A DNA stretch of 64,000 nucleotides from Eledone cirrhosa. Taxonomy: Eukaryota. This document shows, in pieces, positions 25,686 through 39,094 of this stretch. The position numbers were made by a program, and so were the translations under genes. Every line of letters starts with the position of its first letter. The first letter of the stretch is position 1. The notes below the pieces were generated by a model. It made no database searches, was not told where the DNA came from, and was given only the letters and a program-made list of their open reading frames with translations. The stretch is from contig OZ024764.1 of NCBI GenBank assembly GCA_964016885.1, positions 21,948,001-22,012,000 on the forward strand, given 5' to 3'.

Positions 25686-27730
25686 CAGACATGTCAAACA
25701 TGCGGCCCTTGGCAAGCAAACCTGCGGCCCACACAAAGGTTTTTACAGTGCGAGCATGTTTCATTTTCGTAATATAAAATTTAAAACATTTTCGATACAA
25801 TTATTTTTTTTTTGCAAATTTTGTCAACTATTCTTAACTTCCATTAATCACGTGCAGCTCATTAACAGAAAACTTTCTTTCAAAATTTCAAAAGATTTCG
25901 TTTTTGAAATGGTTAGTGCTCCTCCAGCTAAGAGAAAAAGGAAATTGAACGAAGAAGGGCAAGTGTTTCAAGAAAAGTGGGAATTACAGTATTTTTGCCC
26001 AATGGTGAACAGAAAGATACACTGTTTAATTTGCAACAACTACATCTCCACGCCAAAAGAGTACAATTTAAAAAGACATTATGAAACAAACCCTCGATCT
26101 TACGATAAATATGAAGGCCCAATGTGTGTTTCAAGACTCAAGGAATTGAAGTCTAACTTGACAAAGCAACAGACCTGTTTTATGTTAATTCAGGAAGAGA
26201 ATGTCACTTCCGTTACTGCAAGCTATGAACTCAGTCAAATGATTGCCATGAGTGGGAAATCTTACAGTGAAGGAGATTTTGTAAAGCAATGTCTTGTAAA
26301 ATCAGCTGAAATTGTCCAGAGAAAGCAGTTATTCAAAGACATTTCATTAACCAGGAACACTGTTGCTGAACAGATTAATGAAATGTCAGGTGATCTGAAA
26401 CAACAGTTAAAAGCTGTATCATCAAGGTTTGAACATGTTTCTATTGCTATTGAAGAGACTGTTGACATCACTGGAATAGTACAGCTTGCATTCTTCATCA
26501 GGGCCTGTGACAGTGAATTTAATATTTATGAAGAACTGATTGAACTGGTCCCCATGCATGACACTATAACAAGCTAGGACATCTTTGAGAAGGTCAAGCA
26601 GTGTCTGCATGGTTTTGATCTGAGTAAACTTGCATGTTTATCTACTGACAGTGCTGCAAATATGGTTGGTAGACATAATGGTGTTGCTGCCAAGTTACAA
26701 ACAAAAATAGAAAACTCATATCTAGATTCATCATTTGCACATTTTCACTGTATTATTCATCAGCAAAATTTATGTTCAAAGATTTTAAAATTGCATCATG
26801 TGCTTAGCTTGGTCACAAAGACAGTGAACTAAATCAGAGGCCGTGCTCTCAACCACCATCAGTTCAGCCAGTTGTTGGAAGATATGGATAATCAGTTCAC
26901 CGATGTTCCATTCTACACAGAAGTCTGCTGGTTGACATGTCACAAAGTGCTGAAAAGATTCTATTTGTTGAAATAATTATGTTTTTGGAGATGAAAGGTC
27001 AAAACACAGGTGAAATAAAAGATGAAAGTTGGCTCCAACATCTGGCTTTATTTGTGGATATTACTGCACAATTAACTGATCTTAATTTGAAATTACAAGG
27101 TAAAAACAAACCCATCACCCCGTTGTATGATGACATCAAGTTCTTCATTAGAAAACTTAGCTAATGGAAGTCTCCGTTGTCAGATGAAAATTTAATTCAT
27201 TTTCTTATGTGCAAAGAGCTGAAAATCACTGCCCATACTGAGTCTGTACTTTGCTTAACAAAAACTTCTCAGAGAACAAGGCTGACAGATCAACACTTGT
27301 CATTTCTGATTAAAGTTGAAACTGTACAAACATTTCAGCCAGACATACCAAACATTGTCAACAGAAAGAAGTGTCAAGCCTCAGGACAAAACACTAAAAA
27401 TGGTTGAATAGTAGCAAATAAATGTTCAGTTTTCAACTGTTGTTATTTGTGTACAATGTATTTGTTGCTGTTACAATCTGCAAGTATATGTTGACATGTT
27501 AAATTTTAGTTTTTTGTCAAACTACTTCATTACTTTGTATTCATGAATGCTGCTAAAACATTTGTATGTACATTGTATGTTTCTAAATTTAAGTAACAAA
27601 TCTTTCTGCAATATATTTTATTAAATGACTTTAATTAGTTGTTGTGTACATAATTAGTTGCAGTGTGCAACCCTCAGACAACACATGTGTCCTATGTGGC
27701 CCTTGGGGAACCCTCAGTTTGTTATGCCTC
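25686..27730 (+). mobile_element. hAT transposon remnant (SPIN/GTF2IRD2-like)
   Basis: 8-bp TSD ACCTACAT at 25678-25685 and 27731-27738; degenerate TIR cagacatgtcaaac; KRK...FQEKW, CLIC...NLKRHY, SIAIEETVDIT..QLAFFIR, HCIIHQ. Confidence 0.88.
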
Positions 27731-28009
27731 ACCTACATGATAAACACACCCAACACAGGTTGTAATGTGGTTGGTCATGTGAAGGACATCTAGTCATAGA
27801 AAGCTTGCCCGACAATAGGGTCGGAGAACCCTTCAATCATGACAAAGACATGACAAACTTTTCTGTGCACTCAGTAGCAAATGAGACCTTATGTAAATAA
27901 GTCTCAGATCCTTGGTCTGTCTGGGAGATCAGTAGCCTCACTTCAGTACTTACTTGGTTGAAGTAGACTCATTAAACCCTTGCTAGCAGGGAAATCTGAT
28001 GTTGATTTT

Positions 28010-28510
28010 GTAACCTCAAGCTCTTCTTATTCCAGAGAGGGTCTTGGGGGCAGAGTCCTCAAACACTCCCTCCAACAGGTCCTGTCAGAAGCAACCCACT
28101 CCAACTGGTCTGGCTGGATCTCCCAGAGAGACCAGCCAAGCTCATGGATGTTATGTGACCATCTTGCTCAGGTCTACCCCTGGGTCTCCTGCCGGTTAGT
28201 TTTGCCTGTAAAATCTATCCAGTGATTCTTTCCTCAGACATTCTAACCACATGGCCATAGTATTGCAGCTGTGATCTCTCAATTAGAAGTAACAGTTCCA
28301 CCTGGAGTGACTCTCTGATCTAAGAGCTATGCACTTTATTGAGAAAAGTTCCTTCAAAGACCCTTCAGAGGAATCCCATATCTGCCATTTGTATTCCCAA
28401 TCATATTCTTTTGATCATTACCCAAGATATGTGACCATAGGTAAGGGTTGGCACAAAAACCGATTTGAAGACAGCAAGTTTGGCTTTTATGCCTACCTCC
28501 CTTCTTCTGA
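28010..28510 (-). mobile_element. RTE-like 3' coding fragment
   Basis: KAKLAVFKSVFVPTLTYGH.SW; partial paralog at ~61930-62090. Confidence 0.65.
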
Positions 28511-28549
28511 TTACTGAATATTGGAGCTGGTGCATTACTGATATTTCAC

Positions 28550-29627
28550 TGCCCACACTGCAAAGTGGTTGGGTAGGAGATATGACAAAAAGCACCCAAC
28601 CCACACTGTAAAGAACACACAGTCAACATTATAAGGTGGTCATGTAGGAGATATGACAAAAAGCACCCAACCCACACTGCAAAGAACACACAGTCAACAT
28701 TATAAGGTGGTCATGTAGGTGATATGACAAAAAGAAACCAGCCCACACTGCAAAGAACACACAGCCAACATTATAAGGTGGTCATGTAGGTGATATGACA
28801 AAAAGAAACCAGCCCACACTGCAAAGAACACACAGTAAACATTATAAGGTGGTCATGTAGGTGATATTACAAAAAGAAACCAGCCCACACTGCAAAGAAC
28901 ACACAGCCAACATTATAAGGCGGTCATGTAGGTGATATGACAAAAAGAAACCAGCCCACACTGCAAAGAACACACAGCCAACATTATAAGGTGGTCATGT
29001 AGGTGATATGACAAAAAGAAACCAGCCCACACTATAAAGCGGTTGCGTAGGTGTCACAGCAAAAAGCACCCAGCCCACACGGTAAAGTGGTCATGTAGGT
29101 GACAACAAAAAGTACCCAGCCAAAACTTTAAAATGGTCATGTTGGTGTCACAACAAAAAGTACCCAGTCCACACTATAAAGTGGTCATGTAGGTGTCACG
29201 ACAAAAAGCACCCAGTCCAAACTGTAAAGTGGTCATGTAGGTGTCACAACAAAAAGCACCCAGCGCACACTGTAAAGTGGTCATGTAGGTGTCACAACAA
29301 AAAGCACCCAGCGCACACTGTAAAGTGGTCATGTAGGTGTCACAACAAAAAGTACCCAGTCCACACTGTAAAGTGGTCATGTAGGTGTCACTACAAAAAG
29401 CACCCAGCGCACACTGTAAAGTGGTCGTGATGGTAAGATGGTAAAATGCACCCAGTACTCAATGTAAATAAGGTTGGTGCTAGGAAGGGCATCCAGCTGT
29501 AGAAACCAATCTAAAATTTGTTCTGTAGGAGCAAGACGTGGTCACCTGACCTGGCATTGCTTACAACAGGATAACTCGTCTAACCCATGCCAGGGTGGAA
29601 AAACTGATGTTAAACAGTGATGATGAT
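28550..29627 (+). repeat. 71-bp plus 48-bp minisatellite array
   Basis: About 6 units of a 71-bp variant (period 28680->28751), then 48-bp units. Confidence 0.88.
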
Positions 29628-30034
29628 ATAACATTTGTTTAATAATGAATTCCAATCTCATTGTTAACAGCTATAGATGTCAGGATGTGAACCTTCTTAC
29701 TGAAATATCTTCTCCATGTTAGTGGCTGAAGAAGTTTTAGAAAACTTTCACACAATAACAGTATTCCCTAACTTCTCCCCTAAAAAATACAAGACAAGCA
29801 GGGGCAGACTTTTACCTACTGAAGCCCTAAGCTATATAAAATTAGAGGTTCTTCTCTAAAAATATATAATTATCTTTTATATTAATGTTAATGATAAAGA
29901 ATAAATAATATAATAAATATACCACCATAGGTGCTGAGGTGGCTAGCTGCTGGTGTGAGCCTCACAAGATGAAATGGCTCTTCCAGCACATCTAGAACAA
30001 CATGACCCTCTAATATCTAGTATTTAGTAACAAA

Positions 30035-30063
30035 CTAGACCACCCGTGACCTGTTGGGTCACG
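30035..30063 (-). mobile_element. Helitron-like 3' terminus
   Basis: Minus strand: hairpin cgtgacc-caaca-ggtcacg, 6 nt, then CTAG|T; copies at ~6955, 47804 and 62666, and on + at 56163-56190. Confidence 0.5.
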
Positions 30064-30555
30064 TTCCCTTAAAACTATTATTTTAAAATCATGTTCACTT
30101 AAAAATAATTTTCAAATAGTTAAAATATACAGACATATATATATATATAGACACATATGTATATATATATATATGCACACATTTTATTAAACAACACCAG
30201 CAGCTCTCTCTCTCTCTCTTCCATCTGTCTCCTCACTCTCACAACCACTATCTCTTTCTCTCCCTATATTTATGAAGGTACCCAGAAAACCCCGTATCTT
30301 GGGAACCTGTGCTCCATTTTATACAAAACTTGTTTTATTCTTTTCAAAGTATTTCCCCATTATGCACTGTTTTAGCTGTATTAAATTACGGACAAGACAC
30401 AATCACAGAGTTTTAGTAGTATATAGATAATATAGCTTCAAATTAAAGTTAGTAAATGACAGTTTGGAAAAATTTGTAACATTTATTAAAGATTCCTCAA
30501 GTTTGTCAATTCTATAGCATAATAGTTTGTTAGTTAAAGTGTTTAGTTAGATGTT

Positions 30556-30923
30556 CTACATATAAAGAAAAGAGAATACTTTACCACAAATATTACAGTG
30601 GTATAATGATTTTCCCATCTCTTCTGAAAAATATTCCTATGTTGATGTAAATATTTCTATTGTTCATAATTTTATCAAATGTGATCTTTGTCAATATCCA
30701 AATATTTTGAAAACTCCTTTGTAAATATCCGAAGTTTAATCAGAATGTCAAATCATCTTGTAAATACTCCATACAGCGAAAAAGGAAAATGTTGTTATTT
30801 ATCTCAATTCAGAAGAAATATTTCACCATAATTCACCACAGACTAAACAAGTTTATATCACTTGTATGTAACATCTTTTTGTTGTCTTTAAAAGACTCTT
30901 TTCTTTCAAGGTCATGTGATATT
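30556..30923 (-). pseudogene. Decayed ZNF exon, unit 2 copy
   Basis: Paralog of 7451-7817 with YHCNICGKVF and the acceptor retained. Confidence 0.72.
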
Positions 30924-31889
30924 CTGAAATAGTAGAGAAACATTATTAAGATATTTAGAAAATAGAGATACAGCAGTGAAAACTTTACTACATCTCTATA
31001 TTAATAGATATAAACCTTACATGGTGACACAAACACTGCAAAACTAACTTACAGGAAAGCATCTAGTTACTTGATCTAGTTACTTCAATCAGGTGAAGAG
31101 ATAAACTAGATTGACTTCATTCTCATCAGAAAACAGGATAGACAGATGGTTGGGAATATTAACTCCTTTACTGGAGAAAGACGTACCAATCAACATAGAC
31201 TAGATACTAGGTGTAATATCTAGAGGGACTGACAGATACAAGACTATCTGGAGATAGAAGGGTTGGAGAGTAAAACATCTCCCTGTTAAATATAAGATAG
31301 AGAGGGACTGACAGATACAAGACTATCTGGAGATAGAAGGGTTGGAGATCTGTAGTTGATGTAAGCTGCCACCCAGATGAATGTTGCCTTGGTGATGGAA
31401 TAGTACAGTAGATAGAAGTTGAAATCTAAAAGACCTGAAGAGGCAGGAGAGGAACAACAATATCAAATAATTAAAATGGAAGCTAGATATTAGTCTTACA
31501 AGTTATTGATTTCTGTCGTTATTGTTAAAATCTGTTTAATCTGTGATATTTGAGACAATGTACAGGACAATAGAATTAATATCAATGTCTGACTAACAAC
31601 AAAAGTTTTCATTTTATTGGCAGGTTTAAATTACAGAAGTTCCCAACCTTTACTAAAAATACAAATATATATCTTACCTGTTAAAGTATAATAAATGAAA
31701 GTTTAAAGAGAAAAACGTTAATTTACACAAAATCTTCAAACACTGCTTCAAAAATGGAAACCTGGTTTTATGATCCCTGTCCTAGGTAAAACCTACAAGG
31801 TTGACCCCAGTTTTAGCAAGGATGATGGATCTACACAATTGTTGTTGTTGTTGTTGTAGTATGATGTAATGAGTTTGATATTGATACAA

Positions 31890-32837
31890 CTAAACTTCTG
31901 TATGAATACACACATGCTTGGTTAAGTTACCACTATGAGAGAATGATTTACCACAGATGTCACAGTGATATGGCTTCTCTCCTGTATGAGTACGTTTGTG
32001 GGTAGCTAAGCTACTTCTGTCAGCGAATGATTTACCACAGATGTCACAATGATATGGCTTCTCCCCTGTATGAGTACGTTTGTGGCTAGTTAAGCCACTT
32101 CTGTCAGTGAATGATTTACCACAGATGTCACAGTGATATGGCTTCTCTCCCGTATGAGTACGTTTGTGAGTAGTTAGGTTATCACTACGAGAGAATGATT
32201 TACCACAGATATCACAGTGATATGGGTTCTCTCCTGTATGAACACGTTTGTGAGTAGTTAGGTGATTACTCTGAGAGAATGAATTACCACAGATATCACA
32301 GTGATATGGCTTCTCTCCTGTATGAATACGTTTGTGGGTAGTTAAGGTATTTCTGTGACTGAATGATTTACCACAGATGTCACAGTGATGTGGCTTCTCT
32401 CCTGTATGAATTTGTTTGTGAACTCTGAAGCTATTACTGTCACTGAATGATTTATCACAGATATCACATTGATATGGCTTCTCTCCTGTATGAATACGTT
32501 TGTGAGTAGTTAGGTGCTGACTACACGGGAATGATTTACCACAGATATCACAATGATATGGGTTCTCTCCTGTATGAATACGTTTGTGAGTAGTTAGGTT
32601 ATTATTTTTAGAGAACGTTTTACCACAGATATCACAGTGATATGGTTTCTCTCCTGTATGAATACGTTTGTGAGTAGTTAGGTGATTACTCTGAGAGAAT
32701 GATTTACCACAGTTATCCCAGTGGAATGGCTCTTCTCCTGTATGAATACGTCTGTGAGTAGTTAGGTGATTACTACGAGAGAATGATTTACCACAGATAT
32801 CACAGTGGAATGGTGATTTTACTATATTTTTCGACAT
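31890..32837 (-). CDS. Tandem C2H2 zinc-finger protein, 11 fingers, finger 2 broken (ZNF copy 2)
   Basis: 315-aa ORF with the same [10 protein letters not shown] start and HTEV end as copy 1; finger 2 has Cys->Trp (HWDNC). Confidence 0.92.
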   Translation of the reverse strand: MSKNIVKSPFHCDICGKSFSRSNHLTTHRRIHTGEEPFHWDNCGKSFSQSNHLTTHKRIHTGEKPYHCDICGKTFSKNNNLTTHKRIHTGENPYHCDICGKSFPCSQHLTTHKRIHTGEKPYQCDICDKSFSDSNSFRVHKQIHTGEKPHHCDICGKSFSHRNTLTTHKRIHTGEKPYHCDICGNSFSQSNHLTTHKRVHTGENPYHCDICGKSFSRSDNLTTHKRTHTGEKPYHCDICGKSFTDRSGLTSHKRTHTGEKPYHCDICGKSFADRSSLATHKRTHTGEKPYHCDICGKSFSHSGNLTKHVCIHTEV

Positions 32838-33194
32838 ATCTCCTACTAAAAGATATCAATCACCTCAGTTTCTCACATAATTCACAGCTTAATACTGAGA
32901 AATTTAGTTATATTACTAAATCACTTCAAAGTGTTGAGTGTTTTCAAAATTATTTGAAAATGATGGTTAGTGTCTTTCATTAGAAATGGTTAATGTTGAG
33001 GATAAGACTGATGTAACGTGCTCTTTAATGCCAATGTCCTCTGGTGTTCTGAAATAATAAAAGAACATTATAAGATACTGAGAAACTTGTAATACATCAG
33101 TACAAATTTCATATAATATTTCTATATTGATAAATGGACTGTAATAAATACTAAGGCCTTCTTTGGTGAAGAATGTGCTGACTAACATAGGTTA

Positions 33195-33685
33195 GTTATT
33201 AGTGACATTAGATTATACTGACTGATAAAAGTAGTTATTAGTGACATTAGATTAAACTGACAGATAAAAGTAGTTATTAGTGACATTAGATTGAACTGAC
33301 TGATAAAAGTAGTTATTAGTGACATTAGATTAAACTGACTGATAAAAGTAGTTATTAGTGACATTAGATTGAACTGACTGATAAAAGTAGTTATTAGTGA
33401 CATTAGATTAAACTGACTGATAAAAGTAGTTATTAGTGACATTAGATTAAACTGACTGATAAAAGTAGTTATTAGTGACATTAGATTATACTGACAGATA
33501 AAAGTAGTTATTAGTGACATTAGATTAAACTGACTGATAAAAGTAGTTATTAGTGACATTAGATTAAACTGACAGATAAAAGTAGTTATTAGTGACATTA
33601 GATTAAACTGACTGATAAAAGTAGTTATTAGTGACATTAGATTATACTGACTGATAAAAGTAGTTATTAGTGACATCAGATTAAC
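33195..33685. repeat. 39-bp intronic minisatellite (~12.5 copies)
   Basis: Unit gttattagtgacattagattaaactgactgataaaagta; only ~3.5 copies at 10913-11052 and 50207-50345. Confidence 0.92.
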
Positions 33686-34549
33686 CCTTTAGTATTCACA
33701 TTACTCTATATTTACTATCATATTTTCACAGTAAATGCTTTATCTCTCATAAAGTCAAATCTGAGATTTTCATGTTATTTATTTTGAGAACAATAACTTA
33801 ACATAAGTATAAGTGACCAGTTAGGGCCAGTTTGAACAGAAAGATGTGGGAGAATTCTGGCCAGATATGGCCAGTTTATATACTAAAGGGTTAAGGAAAT
33901 TAGGTGTAGAAGAATAGCTTGTTAGAAGCTGTCAGTAAAGTGTTTTTAGTGAGGAATTGAAGGTACAGGTAGGAGTTCATCATGGTTTAGTTCTTAGCCC
34001 ACTGTTGTTCATCATAGTTCTCCAAGCCATAACAGAGAGGTTTAAGACTGGCTGTCTATGGAAACTTCTCTATGTAGATGACCAGCTGTAGATATAGAAT
34101 TTGAAATGGTAAGTTCTGAGAATATACTTAGCCAAAACTAAAGTGGTAATGGATAGTAGAGAAGACCCTGACACCTTCAGGAAAGTGGCCCTGCTCCATA
34201 TGTAGAAAAGGAATAAGTAGAGATAACCACAATGACAGAGACCTAGTTATAATAGCAGGGTACTTCAATGGTCATGTTGGACAGCTCCAGGATGGATACA
34301 CTGGGGTACATGGTGGTCATGGTTATGGCTCAAGAAACAAAGGAGTGAGGCTTCTTGTATTTTGTGATTCAAGTGAACTAACCATTTGCAACACTTCAAG
34401 AAACCTACCAACCACCTAATAACCTACCAATCAGGTGAACACATTAGACAGATTGACTTCTTGCTAGTTAGGGAGTAAGACAGATAGATGGTGTCAAATA
34501 CTAAGGCATACCCCAGGGAACAAAGTAGCAGGAAACGACTAGATTTGTA

Positions 34550-36869
34550 GATAAAGGATGATACAATGAAAGATAAATTCCTTCAATGTTGCAATATTAA
34601 AGAAAATGTAAAGGAAGGGGTGGACAATGGAGCCAACACCAGAGCAAAAGACAGCAACGAGGGGTACTGGGAAACCTCTCTAATGAGTATTGAGGCAAGC
34701 CAGCACACTGACAGTGTTACCTCGGGTGATGGCGGGGCTGAAGTGCTGGAACAGCCAAGCGCCCTCGCCATTTCGCCAGTTACCCCTACAAGGCGAGCCG
34801 CCAGTGAAGAAAGGAACCTCGCAGTCAGCGGACCGACTCCCCCAAACGTCTCGAAAGCCACAGGCTGAAAAATGTAGCTGGCCGACAGATCAGAGTATTT
34901 GAGGGTCTTACTCCGCTCGGCTGCCGAAGCTGTGGCTCTCGTCCTTACCGCAGCATCAAGGATGTAGGAAAGAGCAAAGGAGTCACTAACAGTGACGTCC
35001 CAGATTAAGCACCTGCCTCTCGACCAGGGGCACAGGGTAAGGCCGTCAGGTCTTTTGCCGTCACTTCTGGACAACCCAGATGGTTCCAAGACAGAGGATG
35101 TTTGCCCGGGCCAAAGCTCTCTTCAGAATAAAGTTTAGCTCCGTGTGACGGGCAAAGTGGCCGGCATTCAGGCGGCAAGAAAGACTGTGGGAGCCTGTGG
35201 AGTCGAGGTGTTAGCCACATCTCAAACCCATGCAGACGTCAGCTCCCACTCTGAGGGTGATGGAGACACGAACTTCATCCAGGCTGAGTAGGCCTCCAAC
35301 GTTGGCCACGGGTAAGGCATCGACCCAGCCACCGGAGTATTTGGCGCTGGCAGATGGTAAGCGGCACCTTGTAAACTGATCTGAGAGGACGAAGAGGGAG
35401 TCGAAGGTGGCATTCCAACGTATCCTGTCCCAAGTTCTCTGACTTCGACTGTCCTCCACCTTCTCAGGAAGGGACAAGCCCAACTCACTCCATTGCTGGA
35501 GAGCTTCACACAACTCCCTGTTGGAACTAGTCCATATTGGAGAGGAGAGGATGCTGCAAGCTTGGGTGGAGGAAAGGAAGCAGGGGAGAGAGAGGGACGA
35601 ACACTTAATAACATTGACCAGACACTCGAGTCTCTCGAAGATTAGGTCGTCGAAGCGTTGGAGGCAGGATGGAAATCTGTGAGAGGGGCTGACCCTGAGC
35701 AGATACAGAAGCTTAGGAATAGACAGGTAGTTCCTGAGTAAGAAGAAACCTTGATGGGGTTCGATATCTTCAATATTCCTCAGCAGCTGCTCAAGGCCAA
35801 CCATCTTCGATTGGATGGTTGACTCGAAGGCCAGGTCTGTGATCGGGGCTCCTAAGGAGCTTTGATTTGGAGAAGCCCTGGGGTTTGTGGCAAAGTCGTC
35901 GGTAGAGTGTTGGTCATCCCCACGGAATAGACGGAGCTGAAGTGGCACCGATGACAGGTCCAGTGTTGAAGCCTTTCGGCTTGAGCTTTGGTGATGCTGA
36001 CACAGCTTCTGTGGTAGCTTGTGTGGCATAGGTGACATTTAATTGTCTTTAAGTACTGGTTAGTGCGGGCACAGAGGGCGCAATCAGGTGGCGGGCTGGC
36101 AACAGCCGGCAGTAGAGGGCCAGCGTTGGAAGGTGTAGAAGGAGTGAGAAGATGATGAGTACGTAGAGAGGAGTGTGGTCATGTGAGAGGCAGATAAATA
36201 CAGTGGGAGAGAAAGAGCACTGAACATGCAAAGAGAAGGAAAATAAAAACGCTAGAAATACAAAATCTAAGGCTGTGAGTTTGTGTAATAGTTCGCATGG
36301 GTAAATCCGCAGTAAAAACCGAAATTGTGAGTTTGTGTAAAAAAAAAAAAAAAAAAAAAACATGGGCAAGACTTAAGTAAAATCAAAACCTGAATGATAG
36401 TGATACAAGATGTTTACAATTACGGAGTGATTACATTACTGGACCTGAATTCTATCAAGTGGTCAAAGCTTCTAATTCTGTGAAATAGAATGGAAGTATG
36501 GATTGACCTTTCAGTCACACCTGACTATAAATAGATTCAGGTTATTTCAAGAGGGAGATGGGATGGTTCCTCGCCATTTATAATTATTTATATTTTATTT
36601 TATATTTGGGGGGTTTGACTTTGAAAAATTGTAAGTGTATGTTAAGGAGGAAAGTATAATTGTGTGATACAATTGCTCCAGGTTGGTTCCCTACGTTGTT
36701 GCCACAAACAATTCTTTTTTCCTCCGAACATCTGTTATTCCTCTCCGTAGATTATAAATGGTAAAATCCGTTCGATCCAACCGAATGGAAAATCCAGTTC
36801 CTTGAAGAATATTTTGAGTTGTCTCGGACAAAGCAAAAAAAGGGGAAAGTTGAAAATGTTTACCTCGTT
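34550..36869 (-). mobile_element. CRE-like element, duplicated copy with three deletions
   Basis: Paralog of 12300-16570 lacking the RT core. Confidence 0.82.
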
Positions 36870-37323
36870 TGGTGGTCAATTGCCATCTCCCTCTGTGTTT
36901 TTCTTTCCTTTATCATTATTGTTCAATAAATTATATTATTATACACAGTTTAGACAATATATTTGTAATGTCTTTCTCAAGGAATTGCCAGCAATTTATA
37001 ATGTTATTTACACACTTATGTTATTTATGTATATATTTAAAACATATTTACAACGTTATTCTACTGTAAATTTATACAATTGTAATAAAATATATTAATT
37101 ATATCATCACATAATATAAAAACGACCTTTAGAATATTTAAATATTTAGTTTTGTTAATTTATTTTTCAGCAACAACAAAAGTTTTCACTTTAATTAATT
37201 AGAGGTAGGTAAAATATAGATAATTACGATAACATTTTATATTTCCAGTAATGAAACAAACAAGAAAATATATATTTGTGATGTGAAAAGTGAGCTTAAA
37301 TCTACAATATTAATAGACATAAT

Positions 37324-37456
37324 ACTTACATTATAGTCTCAGGTGTTTAGTATTTACAGAAATGTTTTCTAAATGTTGTTGTAGGAAGACTAACACGTGG
37401 ACAGGAAGTCGACAAATGCACCACTGCGCATGCTTCAAGGTTTTTTTGTGACGTCA
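37324..37456 (-). promoter_or_regulatory. Putative promoter and exon 1 donor of ZNF copy 2
   Basis: Same motif cluster, with a perfect TGACGTCA at 37449-37456; donor at 37329-37324; acceptor at 33049. Confidence 0.55.
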
Positions 37457-37809
37457 AAATATTTTTACGGAATTAAATTATGTAAAGTTTGTAATAAAAA
37501 GTGAAGTTGAAAACAGTAAATGTAATTAAAATAGAGAAAGTAAGGTGTTGGTGGTGAGGAATGGACGGTAGACGTTTCACCTCAGTCTAGGTAGTGTATT
37601 TTTACCTGTGTCACTCGGACAATAGCCAGCGATGACCACTACACCAACCACTCTCTCCTTCAGATGGTGTCCACTTTCGTGATTCTTTAGAATAACAGGC
37701 CAGTTGGAAGACAGAGGACAGCAGAGAAGGTCTTGACTTGAAAAGAGTATCACTTGATACCTCGATATAACCTGTTGGTAGATATAGTAGGGTGCTGGAT
37801 CAATCGAGT

Positions 37810-38060
37810 ACCCTGGCAGAGATCACCGGGTATCTCGGTAAGATCGGGTAGTATGGAGGCTAAGTTGCTAGAACAGCTAAGTACCCTGGCAGAGATCACC
37901 GGTTATCTCGGTAAGATCGGGTTATATGGAGGCTAAGTTGCCAGAATAGCTAAGTACCCTGACAGAGATCACCGGGTATCTCGGTAAGATCGGGTCATAT
38001 GGGGGCTAAGTTGCCAGAACAGCTAAGTACCCTGACAAGAATCATCGGGTACTTCGGTAA
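37810..38060. repeat. 73-bp tandem repeat upstream of the promoter
   Basis: gagatcaccgggtatctcggtaagatcggg...agtaccc, ~3.4 copies; ~2.4 copies at 100-275 and 17820-17995. Confidence 0.82.
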
Positions 38061-39036
38061 AGCCAGCCGCCAACAGTGACCACAACTTCGTTGTCAGCAG
38101 CCCAGCTTCTCAAACATCACAGACTGGAATAAATACTTTGCCGATAATTACTGGTAGTTTAGCTTTTATTTCGTTCGTCTACAGAAGCAGTGACCCTCAC
38201 TTTTACTACAGCATGTAGGATGTGGGAGGGAGAGAAAAACATCACTAACTGGGGTCTCACAAATGTGACAGTTAGTTTTGAAAATATATATACAAGATAC
38301 AAGATAAATGACTAGACTGAAATATATTTGATAGGGAATAAAGAGTAGAATATTCTAGTCTGTGGTGTTGGGGAAGTTTGGAGGAGATAGGTCCCTGACA
38401 ACGAGGTTCTTGTTATCGTTGGCAGCTCTCCTTACCGAGGTGTCAGGTGATACATATGAGGGTGTTTGGTAGTTCCAACATCTTAGCCTTGCTATCACTC
38501 GAGGTAAGACTGTTTCAGAAAGTATTAGAGGGAGACTCCGGCACCCCATGTGATGTGAGACTGATTGACAGAGTGTTGACTTAATATTTTCATTTGTTGT
38601 GATTCTATGTGAAATATATCTCTATGTAAGTAACTTGGTTACGTGAATCATTGTGAATCTCGTAAATACTTAAACAGAAATCTACTTAGGACACAAAATA
38701 AAGTAGATTCCATTGTACAAAGTATCTAAAGAACGTATATCAAAAAGAAGGGGGGGATGTAACGAAAGTTGTCTCCCCTTACATATGTTTTATGTTTTAC
38801 AGTAGTAGAGGTTTATATGTGTTTGTCTGTCTCTCTCTCGGTATAAACTACCATTTGCACTGCCTCTGTTTTTTGTTCCTGTCTAATATTTAACTATATA
38901 TATATATATATCTTGAGGTTGTGAAATGAAATGGAATACTGTTGGCATTTTGCTACAATAATTTCTATATTCTTCATTTATATATATATATAATATAATA
39001 AATAAATAACAAAGAACGCTTATAGCATATGCATAT

Positions 39037-39094
39037 CTTTACTTGCTAACATTGTTTCATCCACACTATAAGTGGGACTCATCAGAGCATAAAG
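39037..39094 (-). ncRNA. Minimal type I hammerhead ribozyme (inverted copy)
   Basis: Reverse complement of 44174-44231. Confidence 0.8.

Larger units (their letters stand above)
17721..37712. repeat. Segmental tandem unit 2 (A/B chimera)
   Basis: Type A start, then a junction at 24329-24337 into a type B (hAT) flank. Confidence 0.88.

Noticed and set aside
25654-26577. 307-aa ORF as a domesticated GTF2IRD2-like gene
   Set aside because: Lies within a TSD-bounded hAT remnant with stops and frameshifts; the paralog is broken differently
28550-29460. Regular repeats resembling a CRISPR array
   Set aside because: No unique spacers and no cas genes; eukaryotic minisatellite
33182-33676. 164-aa repetitive ORF (MSLITTFISQFNL)n
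   Set aside because: Translation of a 39-bp intronic minisatellite
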